A stretch of 46,598 bases of DNA, taken from positions 1-46,598 of the IMG/VR virus record IMGVR_UViG_3300024251_000011. One strand, 5' to 3'. The notes under the pieces are model-generated. The model was given only the letters and a program-made list of their open reading frames with translations, did no database searches and was not told the origin of the DNA. Shown in pieces: positions 1-8,392 of the stretch; the stretch's first letter is position 1, and each line of letters starts with the position of its first letter. The stretch comes from a virus (taxonomy: Duplodnaviria > Caudoviricetes). The position numbers and the translations under genes are program-made.

Positions 1-99
1 CTGAGTATCACTTTCGTTTCGTCCGGCATCCGCAACCTGCGGCTATGATGTCAAGCATTATTGTGATAATGAGAACGTGTCTCATTTGCGTATGCGTGC

Positions 100-128
100 T
101 TGACTCTTTAGCCATGCGTGCTTATGAT
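100..128 (+). promoter_or_regulatory. Sigma70-type early promoter
   Basis: TTGACT (100-105), 17 bp, TATGAT (123-128), upstream of the first gene; ATGCGTGCTT direct repeats at 92-101 and 114-123. Confidence 0.75.
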
Positions 129-166
129 TCGTCTATCAGCAATTACGCTGCTCCTTCATGGAGTGA

Positions 167-970
167 ATGCAAATGCTCGACACGAACACATTCTCAGAGC
201 TGCTCGACTCCGCCGTTAAGACGCCTGGGATCGTGAGCCGCGCCTATCAAGCCTTTTACGGCTATAGCATCGGCAATCAACTACTCGCGATGTTTCAGTG
301 TGAAGCGCGCCAGATTCCGATCGGCCCGATCGCTACGTTCATGGGATGGAAGGAGAAAGGGCGTTTCGTGAAAAAGGGCGAGAAAGCGATTCGGCTCTGC
401 ATGCCTGTCACCTGCAAGACTAAGGCAGAGAGCACTGAGCCTGACGCTAAGGACGCCACGTTTACGCGTTTCGTCTACCGCTCGAATTGGTTCGTATTGG
501 CGCAGACTGACGGCGCCGAGACGACGGCGGCGACAGTTCCGGAATGGGATGCAGATACCGCCCTGAAAGCGCTGGACATCGCTAGGACGCCTTTCGAGCA
601 CTTGGACGGCAACTGCCAAGGCTACGCCATCGGTCGCACTGTAGCCATTTCCCCGCTCGCCGAATATCCACACAAAACACTCTTTCACGAACTCGCCCAC
701 GTCGTGCTTGGACATACCGCCGAAAACGTCACGCTCAGCGACAACGAACGGACGCCGCGCACGATCCGAGAAGTTGAGGCTGAAGCGGTCGCGATGGTCT
801 GCGGCGATGCGCTCGGATTACCTGGAGCGTCCGAGTCGCGCGGATATATCCAGCACTGGAACCACTCCGGCGAAGCCATTCCAGAGCGCTCTGCCCAGCG
901 CATTTTCAAGGCCGCCGATACCATCTTGAAAGCAGGCCGCAACGATACGACGAAGGATGCGATCCGATGA
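167..970 (+). CDS. ardC: ArdC-like antirestriction protein (ssDNA-binding N-domain plus zincin metallopeptidase-like domain)
   Basis: YSIGNQLL...TFMGWKEKGRFVKKGEKAI matches the ArdC N-domain; HELAH followed by EVEAE and YIQHW. Confidence 0.85.
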   Translation: MQMLDTNTFSELLDSAVKTPGIVSRAYQAFYGYSIGNQLLAMFQCEARQIPIGPIATFMGWKEKGRFVKKGEKAIRLCMPVTCKTKAESTEPDAKDATFTRFVYRSNWFVLAQTDGAETTAATVPEWDADTALKALDIARTPFEHLDGNCQGYAIGRTVAISPLAEYPHKTLFHELAHVVLGHTAENVTLSDNERTPRTIREVEAEAVAMVCGDALGLPGASESRGYIQHWNHSGEAIPERSAQRIFKAADTILKAGRNDTTKDAIR

Positions 971-1158
971 CTTTTACCTATATCGTAAATCACCATGAAT
1001 ACGGCGATCTTCGCAAAACTGCGGACTCAATCGACGAGGCACGCCAATGGGCTAAAGATGCCTTTGGGCGCGGCGTTCAGTGTTCCGTAACTAGAGAGAA
1101 CAGCCACGGCGACAAGTGCATCTGTGCGCGCTGCGAGCGCAGAAGGGAAGGGCTCTGA
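967..1158 (+). CDS. Small hypothetical protein with C-terminal Cys cluster
   Basis: ATGA overlap with ardC; CICARC. Confidence 0.65.
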   Translation: MTFTYIVNHHEYGDLRKTADSIDEARQWAKDAFGRGVQCSVTRENSHGDKCICARCERRREGL

Positions 1159-1159
1159 A

Positions 1160-1273
1160 ATGGCTATCAAAGCAATCGCCGTCGTGTCGATCATCGTCTG
1201 GCTTGGACTGTCGATCGGTCGCTGGGTGCCAGTGTTCCAACAGGCCATTCAGTCATTGTCAGGAGGACATTAG
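1160..1273 (+). CDS. 37-aa single-TM membrane peptide (not in ORF track)
   Basis: MAIKAIAVVSIIVWLGLSIGRWVPVFQQAIQSLSGGH; fills the gap between neighbours and carries the AGGAGG RBS for the next gene. Confidence 0.55.
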   Translation: MAIKAIAVVSIIVWLGLSIGRWVPVFQQAIQSLSGGH

Positions 1274-1276
1274 ATC

Positions 1277-1474
1277 ATGGTCCTACCTGCATCGGCTGAC
1301 CAAATGATCTTCGATGCGATCAAGCAGACACCGAAGCCATTCGTAATCGTCTGTATATGGTGTCCAGACGGGCGACAGAAGAGCATCGACGCGGCGGCCT
1401 CTGGCGCTATCGTCTCTCACGGCATGTGCCCAGCATGTGCTGCTCGCTTCGAATCTCAGATGTGGGAACGCTAA
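1277..1474 (+). CDS. Small Zn-binding protein
   Basis: CIWC...SHGMCPAC; AGGAGG RBS at 1261-1266. Confidence 0.7.
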   Translation: MVLPASADQMIFDAIKQTPKPFVIVCIWCPDGRQKSIDAAASGAIVSHGMCPACAARFESQMWER

Positions 1475-1539
1475 CTCGAACGTAGCAGCTCAGTAGACTT
1501 GCAGCATTCACGGCTGCTCCTAACTTTGGAGTGTATGCA

Positions 1540-1899
1540 ATGGCGAAACGAATCACAGAACGATGCGCGTGCTGCGGCCAGACAATCAAGGCCGCCCGTC
1601 TCACGAACGCCGCCGAGCCGGCTAAACCTCGCTACGGCAAGGCCAAGCCAGGGATCGATTACACGCTCAACGGTCGCATTCCGTCGATGCTGACCAAACA
1701 ACGCTTCGCCTACGACGATCTCGTTCACTGTGAATGTTCGGCTGAATATGGCCTGACCTACCAGAAGTGTCGATTCTGCGATCGTGGCTGGCCCGATCTG
1801 CCCTATCTACTGAAATACGCCGTCCGACACTACGTCTGCGAGGATTGCGCCGAGCACTACGCGAATACCGCTCTTCCGCGCACACAGGAAACTACATGA
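1540..1899 (+). CDS. Cys-rich putative zinc-finger protein
   Basis: CACC, CEC, CRFC, CEDC; GGAG RBS at 1528-1531. Confidence 0.7.
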   Translation: MAKRITERCACCGQTIKAARLTNAAEPAKPRYGKAKPGIDYTLNGRIPSMLTKQRFAYDDLVHCECSAEYGLTYQKCRFCDRGWPDLPYLLKYAVRHYVCEDCAEHYANTALPRTQETT

Positions 1900-2312
1900 C
1901 ACGTGATCAAGCGCGGCGCCAGCTCGAAGCAATCGCCCAGCCGAAAGCCGTTCGCCTGACGGTTGGAACCTCACTCAGCTCTGACGAAAAGCGCGCTAAG
2001 GCAGGCGAAGAATATGCGGCCGTCATGGCGGAGATCTCAGCGTGCAACGATCGCATCGCTGAGATCATCGCCGCACACACCGAACTGCAACAGCTCTATG
2101 CAAAGCGGCGCGCGCTGAAGCCGCAAGCCGAGAAGCTCAACGTCGCACATTGGTATCACAAATTCGTAGCGCTCAAGACTTCGGGCGGCATCGGCTGGGA
2201 GGAGTTCATGGGCACTGGCGATACCTGGGAACAAGTCATCGCGAAATCCACACAGCGCAAGGAGCGCGATCGAGACGAGCAAGCCGCTCGCTTCGGAAAG
2301 GACAGGACATGA
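1896..2312 (+). CDS. Hypothetical coiled-coil protein
   Basis: ATGA coupling on both sides; start moved to MTRDQ. Confidence 0.65.
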   Translation: MTRDQARRQLEAIAQPKAVRLTVGTSLSSDEKRAKAGEEYAAVMAEISACNDRIAEIIAAHTELQQLYAKRRALKPQAEKLNVAHWYHKFVALKTSGGIGWEEFMGTGDTWEQVIAKSTQRKERDRDEQAARFGKDRT

Positions 2313-2641
2313 ACGACCCTAACTCGAACGCACTAGGCCACACGCGCGCGGCATTCCTCGCGGACATCTGGGCCGTTCTCGTCACCGCTTTTCAGAATGA
2401 GCTGCGAGCACATACGATTACGCGCCAGGCCGACCGCGCATTCATTACTAACGTCGCGAACGTTCTAGAAGCGCTCTGCCAGTCCTGGCGCAATCAGGCG
2501 CCGCGCATCTGTGAAGAACGTCACTGCGAGCGGGTTGTCACCAACCCACACGACGTGTTATGTGCGCAGTGTAAGGCTCGCATCGACTCGGCGACGCGCC
2601 CACGCGCGGACTCTGCTTTCTTTCACGAAGGATGGAGGTAG
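2309..2641 (+). CDS. Hypothetical protein with C-terminal CxxxxC...CxxC
   Basis: ATGA overlap; CEERHC...CAQC. Confidence 0.6.
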   Translation: MNDPNSNALGHTRAAFLADIWAVLVTAFQNELRAHTITRQADRAFITNVANVLEALCQSWRNQAPRICEERHCERVVTNPHDVLCAQCKARIDSATRPRADSAFFHEGWR

Positions 2642-2646
2642 GTTCA

Positions 2647-2775
2647 ATGGCGTCATTCGTGATTCGTAACATCGATGATGAAATATGGAAGCAGTTCAAA
2701 GCTAAGGCTGGCGGCACGTCTACCGCAGTGAGAAAGCTCTTGCTCCAGCTCATAGAACAGGCGGCGAAATCATAA
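2647..2775 (+). CDS. 42-aa Arc/FitA-like ribbon-helix-helix DNA-binding protein (not in ORF track)
   Basis: MASFVIRNIDDEIWKQFKAKAGGTSTAVRKLLLQLIEQAAKS matches the xxhxIRNhDDEh pattern; GGAGG RBS; TAATG coupling to the next gene. Confidence 0.75.
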   Translation: MASFVIRNIDDEIWKQFKAKAGGTSTAVRKLLLQLIEQAAKS

Positions 2776-3173
2776 TGGCTCATTACGAACCCGACTCGGC
2801 CACGGGCCGTATGAAGGCAGCGCGGCGCCATCGCGAGCGCGCCTACGCCGAGCGCAACGAACTGATTGGCGTGCTAACTCGCCTCTGGCCGTCACACGTG
2901 ATGCCGGTATCAGCGAACTTATCGAGCCTCGCGGACGGGCGTGCAGTCATTTGCATCCATAGTCCGGCCGGGCAGCTCGCCTGGATCCTGAGCGTCGAAG
3001 AGGCCGATGAGACGTTCCCCGCACTGCCACGAATCACCGAGAACCATTGGGACCGAAGCACACGCACTGAGCGATCGGCACGACTTTCGATGCTCAGGAA
3101 GGATATGCGATCAGTGAAGCCATCGCCGAGCGTGGAAACGACGTTGAGACAAAGCCTAAAGCGTAAGCGGTGA
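2775..3173 (+). CDS. WDGH-like domain protein, paralog of the N-terminus of 35279..37129
   Basis: AYAERNEL...WPSH...ICIHSPAGQL.W...HWD. Confidence 0.75.
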   Translation: MAHYEPDSATGRMKAARRHRERAYAERNELIGVLTRLWPSHVMPVSANLSSLADGRAVICIHSPAGQLAWILSVEEADETFPALPRITENHWDRSTRTERSARLSMLRKDMRSVKPSPSVETTLRQSLKRKR

Positions 3174-3219
3174 GCGAATATAATTGATTCTAAATTCAGT
3201 TTCAAAAAGGTAAAAACGC

Positions 3220-4155
3220 ATGCAGACCTATCTTAATGACCCAACTTTGAAGGTTCGATTCATTGACGAAATCGGCAAACACGAATCTGCCGATCAATTC
3301 ATCAAGGGCTCTTATGGCGAGGGCACCGGAAGGAACTTCCGAGGGTGTGCCATCGGCTGCTCCCTCCATTCGCTGAATCACATCAACGGCGTGCGGTTCA
3401 AGACCGGCGATCATTCGCGGTATGAGAGCGAACTGGGTTTGCCGATCTGGCTCGCGTATCTCGAAGACAACATCTTCGAGAACTTGCCGATCGAACTCGC
3501 GAAGACCTGGCCGCGGCGCTTCGCGGACGCAGTGCCGGTCGGCGCCGTCGTCGATGATCGTGTGCTCGCGAAGATCCTCCGATGGACCCTCGCGGATCCG
3601 GACTTCGGCATGCGCTTCGCGACGGACAACGAAGAGATTCGCGGCCACATCGACGTCATCGTCACGGCCTTCGACGCCGAGATTTCAGGAACAGCGACCG
3701 CCGAGCAGCGCGAGGCGGCCGCCAGGGCCGCCAGGGACGCCAGGGACGCCTGGGACGCCAGGGACGCCTGGGACGCCTGGGACGCCTGGGACGCCAGGGA
3801 CGCCTGGGCCGCCTGGGACGCCTGGGCCGCCAGGGCCGCCATGGCCGCCAGGGACGCCAGGGCCGCCAGGGCCGCCAGGGCCGCCTGGGCCGCCAGGGCC
3901 GCCTGGGCCGCCTGGGCCGCCAGGGCCGCCAGGGCCGCCAGGGCCGCCAGGGCCGCCTGGGCCGCCTGGGACGCCAGGGCCGCCAGGGCCGCCTGGGACG
4001 CCTGGGCCGCCAGTGCCGCCAGGGCCGCCGCTACAAATCCCGAGGGGAAGAAGTCTCTCGCCTTCTTCCCCTCGCTCTCCGAATATGTGTTGCAGCTCCT
4101 GCGCGACTTGCCGACGGCTCTCGCCGCCGACCAGTCATCGAATGTTGGTGCGTGA
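3220..4155 (+). CDS. Phage protein with A-(R/W)-(A/D) low-complexity repeat tract
   Basis: Globular N-domain (GCAIGCSLH...[10 protein letters not shown]) followed by in-frame tripeptide repeats; AT-rich upstream with TATAAT at 3178-3183. Confidence 0.8.
   Translation: MQTYLNDPTLKVRFIDEIGKHESADQFIKGSYGEGTGRNFRGCAIGCSLHSLNHINGVRFKTGDHSRYESELGLPIWLAYLEDNIFENLPIELAKTWPRRFADAVPVGAVVDDRVLAKILRWTLADPDFGMRFATDNEEIRGHIDVIVTAFDAEISGTATAEQREAAARAARDARDAWDARDAWDAWDAWDARDAWAAWDAWAARAAMAARDARAARAARAAWAARAAWAAWAARAARAARAARAAWAAWDARAARAAWDAWAASAARAAATNPEGKKSLAFFPSLSEYVLQLLRDLPTALAADQSSNVGA
3721..4029 (+). repeat. 9-bp minisatellite GCC-(A/T)GG-G(A/C)C, about 34 units
   Basis: Directly visible tandem array with two main variable positions per unit. 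Confidence 0.95.
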
Positions 4156-4218
4156 AGTTTTACGTGAGGCGTGGAAATGCGAAAGTGCCAGCGCGGCGCC
4201 CTCGCACTCCGAGAATGA

Positions 4219-4416
4219 CTAGACGTTGGGCGCGATCTTGTTCACCGCGTCGTTCGCGGCGGCGAGATCCGCCACGTTCGCGTCGAGCTGTTCCTGCGCG
4301 ATCAACTGCGGCACCGGCTGTCCACCGCTGCCGAGCGCCGCCACGCGCGCTTGCAACGCTCCGACGTTCCGCTTCAGGGCATCGATCTGATCTTGCTGAT
4401 CCTTGGCTGTTGCCAT
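4219..4416 (-). CDS. Small coiled-coil protein at the end of the late operon
   Basis: GGAGAAG RBS before MATAKDQQDQIDALKRN. Confidence 0.65.
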   Translation of the reverse strand: MATAKDQQDQIDALKRNVGALQARVAALGSGGQPVPQLIAQEQLDANVADLAAANDAVNKIAPNV

Positions 4417-4525
4417 ACTCTTCTCCAACTCCATGATGACGTGAAAGAGCGCACGTTCGATCAACGTGCGACTGAGTGAGCCGCCGTTCTGAGCTTTGTC
4501 CGGTTTCTTTCGTGCCACGACCGTA

Positions 4526-4774
4526 TTACGTTGTCGTGGGCGCATTGAGCGGCGTCGCGGACGGAGCCGTGGACGGATCGGGGAATTCATTCAACGCGGC
4601 CGTGCCCTCGTCGATGATCGCCTGAGCCTTGCCCTTCGCGCGCGCGATCACTTCCTCGTCGGTCGGAAGCGATTTCCCTTCGTCCTGGCGCCCGCGAAGC
4701 CAGGCGATCAGGTCCAACGCGATCGGTTCGGCAACGTTGATGATCGCGCCCACATCGAGATTCTGTCCTGCCAT
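4526..4774 (-). CDS. Hypothetical protein in lysis cassette
   Basis: AGGAGGT RBS; follows the putative lipoprotein. Confidence 0.7.
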   Translation of the reverse strand: MAGQNLDVGAIINVAEPIALDLIAWLRGRQDEGKSLPTDEEVIARAKGKAQAIIDEGTAALNEFPDPSTAPSATPLNAPTTT

Positions 4775-4776
4775 GT

Positions 4777-5205
4777 TCACTTACCTCCTACCGGCGCGAG
4801 CGCCACAAGGATCGCATCCGCCGCGCCGAATTCGACTTGGAACTTCTGCGCGGTCGCGGGCGGCAATTCCTTCTGCGCCTCAGCCAAAATCGATCTGGCA
4901 TCCTTGTAGGCGGCGGCGAGTCCGGTGCCGTTGTCGATCGCGACGTTGATCACGCGCGCGGATCCGATCGTCGCTTTGACGACCACGCGCATCGTCGGTG
5001 TGTCGATGAGATTGCTTCGACGCGCGTTGATCGCGGCATGCTGAATCACGCCGATGGCGTCGAGCGCGTCTTCGCTTTGATACGCGACCTGGCCTTGCGG
5101 CGTCGTCACGGAGGCGGGAACGGCGCGAGCGCCGAAGCATGCGGGATGTAGCAGCGACGCGAGACTCAGCGCGAGAACGATAGAGATCGTGCGTAGATGG
5201 TTCAT
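4777..5205 (-). CDS. Putative lipoprotein (spanin-like candidate)
   Basis: Basic N-terminus, hydrophobic stretch, then PAC; helical mature part; next to holin. Confidence 0.55.
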   Translation of the reverse strand: MNHLRTISIVLALSLASLLHPACFGARAVPASVTTPQGQVAYQSEDALDAIGVIQHAAINARRSNLIDTPTMRVVVKATIGSARVINVAIDNGTGLAAAYKDARSILAEAQKELPPATAQKFQVEFGAADAILVALAPVGGK

Positions 5206-5258
5206 GTGACTCTGTTCCTCTTTTCCTGTGTTACGAAAGCGCACTATCTTACACGACG

Positions 5259-5561
5259 TTAGGGCATTTTGGCATCGACGGCCGCGACCGCCTTTTGCTC
5301 GGCGGCAACCTTCGCCTTCGCGTCCGCCATGCTGGATCCTGGCGGCAAGGTCAGGGCCGCTTCCGCGATCGGCGTCGGCGTGACTTGCGCCCGCACGATC
5401 TCGCCTCCGATGCCAAGGATTACGGCCGCGAAGGCGATGATCGCGGAGATCTGCGGCGTCGTCAGGTGCGCGCCGAACGCGACGGCCAGGACGATGAGCG
5501 CATTCAGGATCGACATCGCCCTGACAGGTTCATTCCGACAAAACGAGACGAAGGCTTTCAC
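5259..5561 (-). CDS. Putative holin (2 TM)
   Basis: GGAG RBS and GTG start; RNEPV...TM1...FGAHLTTPQ...TM2...VRAQVTP; charged C-terminal tail. Confidence 0.65.
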   Translation of the reverse strand: MKAFVSFCRNEPVRAMSILNALIVLAVAFGAHLTTPQISAIIAFAAVILGIGGEIVRAQVTPTPIAEAALTLPPGSSMADAKAKVAAEQKAVAAVDAKMP

Positions 5562-5572
5562 TGATTCTCCTA

Positions 5573-6544
5573 TTAACACACGTGTGGGAAGTTGAGCGCG
5601 CGACAATAGCTGCGCTCGGCGTTGATTTCCTTCAGTGAGACGCGGTTTCGCACGTCGCGAAAGAGATCCAGTTCGAGCACGACCGGCACGCGCGGACCGC
5701 GTGGTGTCTCCACCGTCCAGTAGAACGGTTCACGATTCGCCGGATCGATCAGCGCGTCATTGCAGGCCGGGCCGAGGAAACAGCGCGCGCGCTGCTGCCA
5801 GCCGTTGAGCGCATCGCCTGGGATCGGCGTGCCGTCCTCCGTGATGAACGGCGCGTCGCCTTCGGCCAGCATGACATCGCACGCGAGGCCAGCCGGTGAA
5901 CTCCACTCGGCGACAGGGCCGAGCGCGCCGCCCGATCCGTCGCCCGGCCATGCGTAGGAGAAGTGCCACGCAATGTGCGCGCGAGGACGTAGGCGCCGAT
6001 GCAGCAACGTCATTTCGAACAGATTGTCAGGCGACCATCCGCCGTTGTTGACCGCTTCCCAGCAATGGAAAAAAAGGCAGTCATCACCGACCGCTCCGAG
6101 CGCATCGAGGATCCGTTCGAGGTTCGCTTTCAGCCACGGAAAGCCGTAGGTGCCACCGTTCGGATCGTGCTGTTGCCCGTCGCCTGCCAGCTCCACGACT
6201 GGACGCAAACCAGCGCGGCGATCCTCTTCGAGACGCGCGCGAAACCTCGCGAGATCATTCGTGAAGTCGGCCGGTGGAATCGGATAGGTGTAGTCGCTTT
6301 CCGAGTAGCCATATGACAACTGACGCAGGCAGTGCGTGCCCGTGGCGCGCTCGGCCGCACGCGCGATCGAGCGCGAGGCTGGAGGCAACGAATTGATGAA
6401 CGGCCCGAACCACGGCACGGTGCCATAATCCGGAAGCGTCACGCGCAGTCCCTGAAACCACATTTCGACAGCGCAGACTTCGGCGCGTGTGAGCGGGCGC
6501 GCGGCAGTCGCGTTGTCGATGACGAGTAGTGATGCGGCGTTCAT
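5573..6544 (-). CDS. Hypothetical enzyme, possibly a TIM-barrel glycoside hydrolase
   Basis: Alternating beta/alpha pattern (GLRPVVEL, LFFHCWE, HIAWHF, VVLE); sits directly upstream of the holin. Confidence 0.5.
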   Translation of the reverse strand: MNAASLLVIDNATAARPLTRAEVCAVEMWFQGLRVTLPDYGTVPWFGPFINSLPPASRSIARAAERATGTHCLRQLSYGYSESDYTYPIPPADFTNDLARFRARLEEDRRAGLRPVVELAGDGQQHDPNGGTYGFPWLKANLERILDALGAVGDDCLFFHCWEAVNNGGWSPDNLFEMTLLHRRLRPRAHIAWHFSYAWPGDGSGGALGPVAEWSSPAGLACDVMLAEGDAPFITEDGTPIPGDALNGWQQRARCFLGPACNDALIDPANREPFYWTVETPRGPRVPVVLELDLFRDVRNRVSLKEINAERSYCRALNFPHVC

Positions 6545-6843
6545 GCGCCTAGCATCCGATACGCACGCGGGACACCATTGTCGGCATTGTCCGCTGATCG
6601 GTAGACGAGAAAACCGTCAACGGGTGTCCCTTGTGTATAGGGCGAATCCCAATTCTCTGAACCCGCAGGTTCGCTGGGACCAGTCGGATGATCAGGACTG
6701 ACCGGCCGTTCAAGGCCGTTCGGAAGAACCACGAGCGATGAACCATCTTCATTCACGCTCAGGATTTTGCCGGGAACTTTGGTGGATGCGACGAACGTGC
6801 AGGGAATTGGACGCGATGGCGAGTCGAAATCGATTCGATACAT
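6541..6843 (-). CDS. Hypothetical protein
   Basis: GAGGGA RBS; ATGA overlap with the next gene. Confidence 0.7.
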   Translation of the reverse strand: MYRIDFDSPSRPIPCTFVASTKVPGKILSVNEDGSSLVVLPNGLERPVSPDHPTGPSEPAGSENWDSPYTQGTPVDGFLVYRSADNADNGVPRAYRMLGA

Positions 6844-6879
6844 TCAGTCCCTCTCTTGTGTTACTTGCGTATTACGTGA

Positions 6880-7008
6880 TTAGTGACAGGAGACGCGGTG
6901 ACTCGGCACACCGCATCCTCCAAGCTCGTTGATGCGATCGAGCGCGGACCACACCGCGAACGCCATCGCGGCGGCGAGGACAACGATCAAAAGATACTGC
7001 ACGGGCAT
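6880..7008 (-). CDS. 42-aa single-TM peptide (not in ORF track)
   Basis: MPVQYLLIVVLAAAMAFAVWSALDRINELGGCGVPSHRVSCH; GGAGG RBS and TAATG coupling. Confidence 0.55.
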   Translation of the reverse strand: MPVQYLLIVVLAAAMAFAVWSALDRINELGGCGVPSHRVSCH

Positions 7009-7373
7009 TATCCTCCGAATCCGAACCAACGCTTGAAAAGAACGGCGGCGCCTGGACCAACGAACATCGAGACAAGCGCCGCCGCAGCGGCGGCCTGGCG
7101 TTTCCGATGCTTCTCGCGCTCTAGCATGTCATGCACAACTAAAGCGACAGCACGATCTTCCGTTTCGTGCGCCAACATCTTTTCGGTCAACGCGTTGAAC
7201 TTCGTTTCGATGGTTTGCGTGAGGCGATCGATCGCGTTCGTCTGTCGCGAGTGCGCGTCACGCCACTGCTGATTGTTGTCATCGACGAGACGCCACGCCT
7301 CAGCGCGCGAGATTCCGCCGCCATCGCGTCGGCGCTCTTCACCGGAGCGTCGATCTTCGCTTGGATGAGCCAC
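7008..7373 (-). CDS. Coiled-coil protein with C-terminal TM (lysis-associated membrane protein candidate)
   Basis: Heptad region followed by AAAAAALVSMFVGPGAAVLF. Confidence 0.7.
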   Translation of the reverse strand: MAHPSEDRRSGEERRRDGGGISRAEAWRLVDDNNQQWRDAHSRQTNAIDRLTQTIETKFNALTEKMLAHETEDRAVALVVHDMLEREKHRKRQAAAAAALVSMFVGPGAAVLFKRWFGFGG

Positions 7374-7375
7374 TA

Positions 7376-8392
7376 TTATTTGGTCCGCGCATATTTACGA
7401 AACGCATCGAGCGCTGAATTCGAGAGATCCTGTCCAGCGAACCTTGCGGCCGTGTCCGGTTGAAATCCTGCATTGCGCAATCCGCGCTGCATGTCCACAT
7501 GATCGGGCGAGAAGCCGAGCGGCCCCGGTTCATCCGTGCCACGCGGCGACCACGGGCCGAAGGTCGGTTCGGCCGGTGCGGGCGTTCGTAGGATCCCCTC
7601 TTCGGGGATATCCTCCCCCAGATGCGTCACACCGCTCGCGCGCTCTCTGGCGGCCGTCTGGAGCCGATCGGCGGTCTTCGCACTGGCGTAATCGTCGGCC
7701 GCCGCCGCCATCCGATCGCCGTGCGTCGCCGCAGGCCGCAGGCGTTCCATTAGGGCATCGATCCCGCTCCGCACGCGCTGAGACAGGGTGCCCGTGCCGA
7801 GCGCGTCTGAGGCCCGTTCCAGGCCGCTCCCGGCCTCCGTAGCCATCATCGGGCCGACCGTCGCCGCGCCTTGCACGACATGCGGCAGGCCCAGCTCCCG
7901 CGCGCCGATCCCGCGCACGAGGCCCGCGAGCGCGCGGCTTTTGTATTGCGCGTCGGGCACGTCACCGAAGAGGCGCCCGATCCCTTTGAGGCCGCGCCCC
8001 ACGACGCCAGCGACCGGACCCGCGACGGCCGGGAGGACTTCCTGAGCGCCCCCTTCCATCGCGCCGAGCGCTGCATCGTCCATGAACGAGCTGTTATTCG
8101 GCTGGCCCGTGGTCGAAGTGATCATCGCTTCCGGCACGTGACCGATCATGCGTCCGGCCGCGCCGCCCGCAATGGCGCCAGGCGGCCCGCCAACCGCGCC
8201 GCCGACGATCGTTCCGCCCGTCGTCAGGAGTTGTTTCAGGAGTTCGAGATCATCCTGATTCGTGCGCTGTGAGCCGATGCGCGGCGGCATGGCGATCATC
8301 GGCGCCGCGTCGCGCCCTTCCCAGCGCAGACCGTTCCACGTTTCACCGAGTCGATTCTGTTCGCCGACCGCTGGCGGATTCGGATTCGGCAT
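7376..8392 (-). CDS. Putative internal virion/ejection protein
   Basis: Ala/Gly-rich with glycine zipper GGTIVGGAVGGPPGAIAGGAAG; located after tail genes. Confidence 0.65.
   Translation of the reverse strand: MPNPNPPAVGEQNRLGETWNGLRWEGRDAAPMIAMPPRIGSQRTNQDDLELLKQLLTTGGTIVGGAVGGPPGAIAGGAAGRMIGHVPEAMITSTTGQPNNSSFMDDAALGAMEGGAQEVLPAVAGPVAGVVGRGLKGIGRLFGDVPDAQYKSRALAGLVRGIGARELGLPHVVQGAATVGPMMATEAGSGLERASDALGTGTLSQRVRSGIDALMERLRPAATHGDRMAAAADDYASAKTADRLQTAARERASGVTHLGEDIPEEGILRTPAPAEPTFGPWSPRGTDEPGPLGFSPDHVDMQRGLRNAGFQPDTAARFAGQDLSNSALDAFRKYARTK

Noticed and set aside
26-54. Outward-facing promoter at the left end (TTGACA at 54-49, minus strand)
   Set aside because: No acceptable -10 hexamer at 16-18 bp spacing.
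3721-4029. CRISPR array or DGR variable region
   Set aside because: No unique spacers, no cas genes, no reverse transcriptase, and no template/variable repeat pair.
3422-4222. Collagen-like Gly-Pro-Pro ORF, and the GRQ/GRL ORF 3582..4436
   Set aside because: Alternative frames of the 9-bp repeat. Only 3220..4155 has a protein-like globular domain and a sensible start.
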